A stretch of DNA of 64,000 nucleotides from Acholeplasmataceae bacterium. Its GTDB lineage: Bacteria; Bacillota_I; Bacilli_A; ML615J-28; CAG-698. The notes under the pieces were generated by a model. It was not told where the DNA came from and searched no databases. It worked only from the letters and a program-made list of their open reading frames with translations. Location: NCBI GenBank assembly GCA_012839485.1, contig DUNF01000058.1:1272-65271 (forward strand), given 5' to 3'. Numbering within the stretch: position 1 is the first letter of the stretch; every line of letters starts with the position of its first letter. Positions 54,402 to 63,100 of this stretch are shown piece after piece. Position numbers and translations under genes: made by a program.

Positions 54402-55604
54402 ATGGCTAAAAAAGGAATTATTGTAGTTAACAAGAGTAACGTAAATAAAGATTTAATTGAAGATTATGTTAAGAGTTGTCCTTTTAAGGCGATTGTAGCT
54501 AAAGATGGTAGTGTTGATGTTGATCAATCTGCTTGTAAGATTTGTCGAATATGTGCTAAAAAGTTTGCTGATGTTTTTAAGTTTCAAGAAATTGAAGAAG
54601 AAAAGATTAATAAAGATGAGTGGGTAGGAATTACTGTTTTTATTGAACATGATGGAAATAAAATTCACCCAGTATCATTAGAATTAATCGGGAAATCTAA
54701 AGAGCTTGCAAAGGTAACTGGACATCCAGTTTATGCTATACTTTTTAGTGATGATGCAAATAAATTTACCGACACTTTATTAGCTTATGGAGTTGATAAA
54801 GTATACTCATATGAGCATAAACTACTAGGACATTTTAACGTAGAATATTATGTAGAAGTGATGGCGGATTTTGTTTCGAAAGTGAAACCTTCAACAATCC
54901 TTTATGGTGGTACAGCAATTGGTAGAAGCTTTGCCCCAAGAGTTGCAGCAAGACTTAAGACTGGTTTGACTGCTGACTGTACAATTTTGGATATGAAAAA
55001 GAATACAGATTTAGTCCAAAATCGTCCTGCTTTTGGTGGTAACATTATGGCTGGAATTATTTGTGAGAACACAAGACCACAAATGGCTACAGTTCGTTAT
55101 AAGATCTTCAAAATGCCAGAAAAGGTTAAACCTTTTGGTGCTGTTGAAAAGATGAGTTTGAAAGATATTAAGTTTAAAACTAATATGAGATTAGTTGAAA
55201 CAAAAGAAAAGCCAAAAGAAATTGATATTTCTGAGGCAGATACAATCGTATGTATTGGGAAACCATTTAAAACTAAAGAACAAATTCAAATGGCAAAAGA
55301 ATTTGCTGATTTAATTGGGGCACAACTTGCTTGTACTAGACCACTTGTAGAGGCAGGAGTTATGCCAGCTACAAGACAAATTGGCCTAAGTGGTAGAACA
55401 GTTTCGCCTAAACTTCTTGTTTGTTTGGGTATTAGTGGAGCTGTTCAATTTACTGCGGGAATGAAAGGCAGTGAAGTAGTTTTCGCTGTTAACAATGATA
55501 AAAATGCAGCTATTTTTGACTTTGTTCATTATGGTTTAGTAGGGGATATTTTTACAATACTACCTGAATTAATTAAGACTTTGAAAGGGGAAGAAGATGT
55601 ATAA
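54402..55604 (+). CDS. etfA: Electron transfer flavoprotein alpha subunit with N-terminal ferredoxin-like [4Fe-4S] domain (LctC-like)
   Basis: N-terminal Cys pattern SCPF...CKICRIC. The Etf-alpha core has GGTAIGRSFAPRVAARL, RPAFGGN and GISGAVQFTAGM. Confidence 0.8.
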   Translation: MAKKGIIVVNKSNVNKDLIEDYVKSCPFKAIVAKDGSVDVDQSACKICRICAKKFADVFKFQEIEEEKINKDEWVGITVFIEHDGNKIHPVSLELIGKSKELAKVTGHPVYAILFSDDANKFTDTLLAYGVDKVYSYEHKLLGHFNVEYYVEVMADFVSKVKPSTILYGGTAIGRSFAPRVAARLKTGLTADCTILDMKKNTDLVQNRPAFGGNIMAGIICENTRPQMATVRYKIFKMPEKVKPFGAVEKMSLKDIKFKTNMRLVETKEKPKEIDISEADTIVCIGKPFKTKEQIQMAKEFADLIGAQLACTRPLVEAGVMPATRQIGLSGRTVSPKLLVCLGISGAVQFTAGMKGSEVVFAVNNDKNAAIFDFVHYGLVGDIFTILPELIKTLKGEEDV

Positions 55605-56988
55605 AAAAGTGACAAACAAAGATGTTTTGGCTTTAGAGAAATTAATTGATAAAACAAGAGTTTTTATTTATGATGATTCAATTTCAGAATATTCAAAAGA
55701 TGAACTTGGTACTTTAATTGGTAAGCCAGAAGTGATTGTGAAAGTAGAATCGACTAAAGAAGTATCTAAAGTTGCTAAATATGCTTATGACAATAACATT
55801 CCATTAACTGTAAGAGGAAGTGGAACTGGTTTAGTTGGGGCATGTGTACCATTATATGGTGGTATTGTTTTGGATATGACTTTAATGAATAAAATTATTA
55901 ATTTAGATGAAGAAAACCAAATTTTAGAAGTTGAAGCGGGAGCATTACTAATGGATATTGCTGATTATACTAAAGCAAGAGGTTATCTATATGCTCCAGA
56001 TCCAGGCGAAAAATCGGCAACAATAGGTGGTAATATTACAACTAACGCTGGTGGTATGAGAGCCGTAAAGTATGGAGTTACTAGAGATTGGGTCCGTGCT
56101 TTAGAAGTAGTTTTAATGGATGGAACAATTTTAGAGTTTGGGAAGAAAGTTGTAAAAGATACTTCAGGTTATTCTTTGAAGAACTTAATTATTGGTAGTG
56201 AAGGGACACTAGCAATTGTAACTAAAGCTTATTTAAAGGTAGTTTCACTACCTGAAAAAAGTTTAAGTTTACTTGTTCCTTATGCTAGTTTAGAAAAAGC
56301 TATTGAACAAGTTCCGAAGATTTTGAATTCAGGAACTAATCCAACAGCAATTGAGTTTTTTACAAGAGAAGCTTTAGAGTATTCAGAGACGTTTTTAGGT
56401 AAAAAGTTCCCAGATCAAAACAGTCCTGCTTATATTTTACTTACTTTTGATGGTTCGCAAGCTGAGGTAGATGAGAATGCTAAGAAGGCGTCAGAACTAT
56501 TAATTAACAAGTTTGAAGCAGTAGATGTTTTGATTGTTGATACTGATGAAAGAAACGAAGATGTTTGGAGTGCTAGGAGTTCTTTCTTAGAAGCTATTAA
56601 AGCTTCTACACCTTTAATGGATGAGTGTGATGTAGTAGTGCCACGTTCTGAAGTGAGCGATTATATTAAATACACTTATGAGTTAGAAGAAAAGTATGGC
56701 TTAAGACTTCCTTCATTTGGCCATGCTGGTGATGGTAATTTACATATTTATATTTGTAAAGATGACTTATCAGATGAAGAATGGGAAGTGAAACTAGATC
56801 TAGTATTCCATGATTTATATAAGAGAGCTAAAGAAGTTGGTGGTTTAGTATCAGGAGAACACGGAATTGGCTATGCTAAGATGGAATATTTAAAAGAATC
56901 ATTAGGAGATGTGCAAATTAATTTAATGAGAAATATTAAAGCAGCATTCGATCCTAAAAATCTTTTAAATCCAGGAAAAATAGTGTAA
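55597..56988 (+). CDS. FAD-linked oxidase, GlcD/LctD-type (D-)lactate dehydrogenase
   Basis: VRGSGTGLVG, GGNITTNAGGMRAVKYG and GEHGIGYAK are FAD_binding_4/GlcD motifs. Overlaps etfA by 8 nt. Confidence 0.75.
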   Translation: MYKKVTNKDVLALEKLIDKTRVFIYDDSISEYSKDELGTLIGKPEVIVKVESTKEVSKVAKYAYDNNIPLTVRGSGTGLVGACVPLYGGIVLDMTLMNKIINLDEENQILEVEAGALLMDIADYTKARGYLYAPDPGEKSATIGGNITTNAGGMRAVKYGVTRDWVRALEVVLMDGTILEFGKKVVKDTSGYSLKNLIIGSEGTLAIVTKAYLKVVSLPEKSLSLLVPYASLEKAIEQVPKILNSGTNPTAIEFFTREALEYSETFLGKKFPDQNSPAYILLTFDGSQAEVDENAKKASELLINKFEAVDVLIVDTDERNEDVWSARSSFLEAIKASTPLMDECDVVVPRSEVSDYIKYTYELEEKYGLRLPSFGHAGDGNLHIYICKDDLSDEEWEVKLDLVFHDLYKRAKEVGGLVSGEHGIGYAKMEYLKESLGDVQINLMRNIKAAFDPKNLLNPGKIV

Positions 56989-57007
56989 ACGCTTTTTAAA
57001 AAGCGTT
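56988..57007. terminator. Hairpin at the end of the MurNAc-lactate operon (weak as an intrinsic terminator)
   Basis: AACGCTTTTT/AAAAAGCGTT perfect palindrome directly after the stop codon. No downstream T run on the + strand. Confidence 0.4.
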
Positions 57008-57046
57008 AAAAAAGCGCTAAAACAAAAGAGAAATTCTTGAAAAACC

Positions 57047-57075
57047 TTGACTTTTATACAGAGATAATGTAGAAT
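57047..57075 (+). promoter_or_regulatory. SigA promoter of the giant lipoprotein gene
   Basis: TTGACT, 17 nt, TAGAAT. ~75-nt leader, then AGGAGG at 57136-57141. Confidence 0.6.
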
Positions 57076-57151
57076 ATATGTGACCATATGTAATAGTATG
57101 GCGTATTATATAATAATGATATAAACATTCAGATTAGGAGGTAAAGTGTTT

Positions 57152-60100
57152 ATGAAAATGAGAAGATTTTTCGGTGCACTTTTGATGCTTGTATTTGCCT
57201 TAACTGTGGTAGGCTGTGTAAGCAACAAGAAGTACAACGATGTTGCTGAACAGCTAAACAACGCTCAAACTCAATTAGACGCAGCAAATGCACAATTGAC
57301 AGTATTAGAAGAGCAAAAAGCTGCTCTTGAGTTGCAACAACAAAATCTAAACGCAGAGAAGGCAGCATTAAATGCTAGAATCGCTCAACTTGAAGAATTC
57401 GAAGGTTTATCTGCCGAACTAGAAGAAGAACTAGCTCAATTAAACGAAGAGAAAGAGGCTCTTGATGCCAGAATAGCGGAAACAGAAGCTGATTTAGCAG
57501 CTCTTCAAGAGTTAGTTGCCGCACTAAGCAATAGACCTGTTGCGCCGACTTCATTAGAACTATTTTTAATCGGTTCAACGCTTGTAGGAACATCTACAAA
57601 TGCAGCTGAGCCTGATATTGACTATGTAGTTACACCAGCTGGCGCATATACTGGTTTATATTTTGAGGTTGAAAATCCTGAGATTGCAAGTGTTGATAGC
57701 TTAGGTCGTGTTACTGGTTTAAAACCTGGTAAAACTAAGATCAATGCTTGGTCTACACTAGATCCAAGTGTTAAGGATTCAGTTGATTTTGAAGTTATCG
57801 AAGCTGGAGCAGATTTAGATATCGTAATCGCTGCAGTTAACGAAATTTATGCTCAACTAAATAGATCATATGTTGCTGAAGATTTAGCATTAATGCATGC
57901 TTCAAACCCTTCAGTAAAGATCTCATACTTAAAAGGATCAGAAGTTATTGCTGAGTACGTAGATGGCGAATTAACACGTGGTACAGGTTACTACGCATAC
58001 GAAGCACCTGCAGTAGATAAACTTGAAAAAGTTACTATTAAAGGTGAATATGGCGCAAACAACGTACAACACAATATGGAACTTACTCTATTCGTTGTTG
58101 CTGATTTAGCAAACAATGCTTTCAATAGAGTACAAATGGCAAGAGATATCGTTGAATCTTACCTACTTCCTTATACATCAGAAGTAGAAAAAGTTTCAGC
58201 TGATTTAGCTTTAGAGGCTGAAATTGCTGGCGTAGAAATTGTATACACAAGCAGTGCTAAACAAGTTATTAGCAATGAAGGTGCATATGTACGTCCACTT
58301 GATGACACTAAAGTTAACTTCCAAGTTATGTATAAGTATCAAATCCCTGGTGGTGAATTATACACTGAATCAGCAGCATATGACGTATATGCTAATGGAT
58401 ATACTGCAGATGAAAAAATGGACTACATCGTTAATGAAGGGTCACTTGCTTTCTTAAATGGATATGCAAGCAACGTTAACATTAACTTACCAGCTGCAGA
58501 TGACAAATTTGATGCTAAATTAACTTATGTTTCAGATAAACCAGAAGTTTTTGATAACGCTGGTAAATATGCTAATCAAGAATTAGCAGAAGCTACTGTA
58601 GTTACTTACACAGTTAGTTTCGAATACCTAGGAGAAGTTTTAGGAACTAGAGAAGTTGCAGTTACTGCAAACTTACCTTCAGTTGCTTCAAAAGCAGCTA
58701 ATGCTTTTGCTAACAACAACGAAGTTCCTGCTCATTTCCCTTATGGTGTTAAAGGTAGAGCAGGCGGAAATGCTCTTCCAGGACTTGTAGCTACACAAGC
58801 AGTTGGCGAAGATACAGCTAACGTTGCTTGGGAAGCACTAGAACCTGAATTATGGGCAGACGGCTTTGTATTAAATGCACAATATTTAAGATACCGTGAA
58901 ACTGCTTTAAAAGCTACATTCACAAATGCAGCTGATGAAACAGATAAAGCTGAATTAGAATTAGTTATAAATATCGGTGCTGGAAAAACTAAAGATGATA
59001 TTATTGTTGCAGGACGTTTCTCACAACAAACATCTACAGTTTATAAAGAAAAATGTGATACATTAGCATTATTCTCATACTTTGATCCAGTTGTTGGTGT
59101 TTTAAATATGGCATTCCCAACATATTACTCAGGTTATATGTTCTCAATTCAAGGCGAATTCAGACAAGCTCCAAACAATCCTGATATTGAAATTTTCTAC
59201 CAAGGAGAAGATGCTTCTAGAAGCAACTTATATATCAGACATGACTCAGTAATTTATGTTACTGGTAAAAAAGACAATGGCGAAGGTATCTTTGATAATA
59301 GTACTTTAATTCAAGGTACTGGTGGTAACTGGCCTGTATTATATGTAAACAATTATACAGAAACAGTAAAAGTTCCACTTGCTGTTCACGTAACAGGCAA
59401 TGGTTCAGATGGAAATCCAATTGTATCAACTGGTTTCTCTCGTGAATTTGCTTTAACAGTTGACGGTTACAGAACTGTTTTCATTGTTAACTTAGAAACA
59501 GGTGAAGTAGTATCTGGTAATGGTAAGAGCGGAATTCAATTCGCTTACCCAGCAGGAACAAAATATCTTGAACTTCCTGCAAACCATGCTATTTACTGTC
59601 CAAAAACACAATCAAATAATGCTATTTACAATGGCGTATTCTGTGTACAAGGAACTCATCTAGAAGTTAATCATCATGATTTACATCCAAAGAACAGTTA
59701 TTTCATTGATACAGCTAATGCACAATTAGAAAACGCTGAAGCTTCAATTGCTAAGTTAGAAGCTGGTGAAGCATTAGGCGAAGAAGATGCTAACCCAGTT
59801 ACAGCTTTAGCAACAGCTAATGCAAGAGCAAACAATGCTAGATTATCAGATGCTGAAAAAGCTGGATTTAATGCCGCAAAATACGCTGAACTAGCTGGTC
59901 GTTATGCTTTATTATTCAATGAAGAATTACAAGCATTAAAAGATAGCAAAGGTGAAATTGGCTTCTATATGGAAGACTATGTAGTAGCATTACAAGCTGC
60001 TTATGATAAGTATGATGCTTTACCTGAAGCTGCTCAAGATGCTGTTCCATTAAAAGCTTGGTTACTTGCTGAAAAAGCACTTTACTTAGATACAAACTGG

Positions 60101-63100
60101 ACTATTACATATAACTTAAATGGTGGTTCAATTTATACTAATGAGAAAGCAAGAATTATTGATTTATTCTTTGATGATTTATATCAACATTTACAAGAAC
60201 AAAACTTTAATGCTTGGGTATCTCAAAAGCATGATTATGATGGAAATATTACACAAGCTGATGTAACTCATACATTACCATCACTTGCAGAGTTTAAAAA
60301 TCCAGATTCAGAAGATCCAAACGCATTTATTAACTTAATGAAAGGTGACGATGGAAATTACTTCGTATCATATCAAACAAAAGATCCAGATCACTTCGCA
60401 TTAGAGTTCTTAATTAAATTATATAAGAACATTGATGGAACTATTAATGAAGATTATAAGAAGTTAGAAGTTGGCGATAGACACTTCTTTAACAACAAAA
60501 AATATGGCCACTGGGCTGAATTAATGTTAGTTATGGAAGAAACATTCCTTGCAGGAACTTGCCAAATGAACGGTTATACTTCTATTAGAGATATTTATAA
60601 TAGAGTTGGTTTACCTGTTGCTCAATTCCTAGAAGGAAAAGATGCAGAAGGAAATAAGACATTTAAATATGCTCAAGATAGAGTAGGTTGGGGCTCAACT
60701 GTATATGCAACACAAGCTGACATTGCTTCATGGGTTGCTTCATACCGTCATATGACTCAATATATCTTCAATATGGCATTATCAACTGGTCAAACTATTG
60801 ATAATCCTGTAATTCCTCAAAACGTATACGTTATTCCTGAAGCTGAAGCTGCAGCTCAATTAAACGATGGTGTTGCTAACTTATACAACGTTGCAACTGT
60901 TGATTTCAATGTTCCAGCTCCAGTAAAACCTTACTCAGTATTTGATGGTTGGTATATGGATGCAGAATTAACTCAACCAGTTGTATGGACTGTTGATGGC
61001 TTAGGACAACAAGACGTTCAAGTATATGCTAAGTTTAGTGGAGATCCAGCTTATGCTAATAAAGTTACTATCGCTGCAGATCCTGCAATCGAAGTTAATG
61101 TACCTTATGGTGACAAATTAGCAGTTCCAGCTGTTCCAGCTCCAGCAGGCAAAGTTTTTGTAGGTCTATATGAAGATGCTGCATTAAACAATGCTTATGA
61201 CTTAAATACAGCTGTTTATGCACCTGTTACTTTATATCCTAAATTTGTAAATGCTGCAGATGTTTACGTTGTAGAATTCGTTTCTAACGTAGAAGGAGTA
61301 GCAATCGCAAATCAAATAATTGAAGTTGCTGCTGCTGATAAGAAAGCAGTTCAACCTGCAATTGTTAACCCAGGATATGAATTAGTTGGTTGGTATAAAG
61401 AAGCTGCATTTGAAAACTTATATAATTTTGCAGACGATGTTGCTGGTAACTTAAAACTATATGCTAAATGGGCAGTAAGTTTAGAAGTTTCATTTGATAC
61501 TGGTTTATTAGGAGTTACAATTCCTACTCAATCATTATTACCTGGAGAAAAAGCTACTCAACCTGCATTAGCTTATGAAGGTTATTCAGTTGAAGGTTGG
61601 TATACAGAAAAAGCATTTGAAAACAAATTTGATTTTGCTGTAGCTCCAACTGCAAGCGTAAAATTATATGCAAAATTAGTTATTAATCAACATACATTAA
61701 CATTTACAGATGAAGGTACTGCATTAGCTCCATTCACTGGAAACTATGGTGCTGCTATTGTATTCCCTGCTGACCCTGTAAAAGAACACTATGTATTTGA
61801 TGGATGGTATTATTTAGATGCTGAAGCAAATGAAGTTAAATTTGTTGCAACAGCTATGCCAGATGCAAGTTTAGCATTATATTCTAAATATGTTCCATAT
61901 CAATATACAATTACATTAGTTTCTAAGAGTCTTAATACATATCATTATAGTAAAGACTTATTACTAATGGAATTATTCGCAGATTATCACGAATTCTTAG
62001 GACGCACAGATTCTCTAACAGACTTCGTTCATGGTGCAGGTCTAACTGAAGGTTATGACGGTCCATGGCAATCAGTTAAGAAATTCTACAAAGCTAATAG
62101 AAGAGACGTTGATGATTCATTAGGAGTATTCGTATCTGATTCTAGATATCACGATAAATGGTTAGCATTCTTTGACCATGTAGAATACCTAGTTAGAAAA
62201 GCTAATCCAGCTCAAGGATTCTGGAGCTCAGAATGGCTTGGAAACTTAAGATTCCCTCAATGGATTAAAGGACAATCAATTATCGGTAATGCCACAAATA
62301 GAAACATTATTCCATTTACTTCAGCTGAAATTAAATATACTGTTGAAGATGGTGCAATTGAATTACCAGAATTATGGACAGTTGTTCCTATGTCATTAGG
62401 TACATTTGAAGGCTGGTATGAAATGACTCCTGAAGGATTAGAAGTTGTTACATCTATTCCAGCTGATGCTACTGGCGATATGACGCTTTATGCTGCTTTC
62501 GCTGCTCCTAAATTTGAAGTAGAATATTATGACGGAGCTTCATTATTAGAAAAAGAAGTTCTAAAAGAAGGTAAGAAGATTACTTTTGTTAAACCTGAAA
62601 AAGCTAACCATACATTTGAAGGTTGGTTCACAGATGCCGGATTAACACAAGCTTATGACGCAAGTGCTCCAGTTACAACTGATTTAGTTCTATATGCTAA
62701 CTTCGTATTAGAAAATAGAACATTAACATTCAATTCTAATGGTGGAGATGAAGTTGCTGCTATTACAGTACCTCATGGAACTCAAGTTCTAGCACCAGCA
62801 GATCCAGCAAGAACTGGATATACATTTGCAGATTGGTTTGCAGATGCTGACTTAACAGAAGCATACGCATTCCCAGTTAACTTAGAAGCAGATACAACTG
62901 TTTATGCTAAATGGAATGCAAATCCAATCAAGATTTCATTCGATCCACAAGGCGGATCAGCTGTAGCTCCTATTGATACAGAGTACGATGCTATTGTTCC
63001 AGCTCCAGAAGCACCAACACAACTTAACAAAGCATTTGCTGGTTGGTATAAAAATGCTGCATGCTCTGAAGGCGAAGAATATGATTTTGCTTTACCAGTA

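Noticed and set aside
1593-54668. Other overlapping or antisense track ORFs: 1593-1826(-), 3193-3393(-), 7954-8175(+), 10375-10575(-), 10902-11129(-), 12933-13271(-), 13141-13497(+), 13439-13717(-), 28209-28502(-), 33802-33999(+), 36160-36477(-), 38944-39138(-), 39937-40257(-), 43147-43359(+), 44526-44711(-), 46406-46597(-), 48206-48520(-), 54453-54668(-)
   Set aside because: Each lies within or antisense to a longer ORF with clear family motifs, or across promoter and terminator DNA. Translations are Ile/Leu/Phe/Lys-rich, as expected from AT-rich non-coding frames, with no SD.
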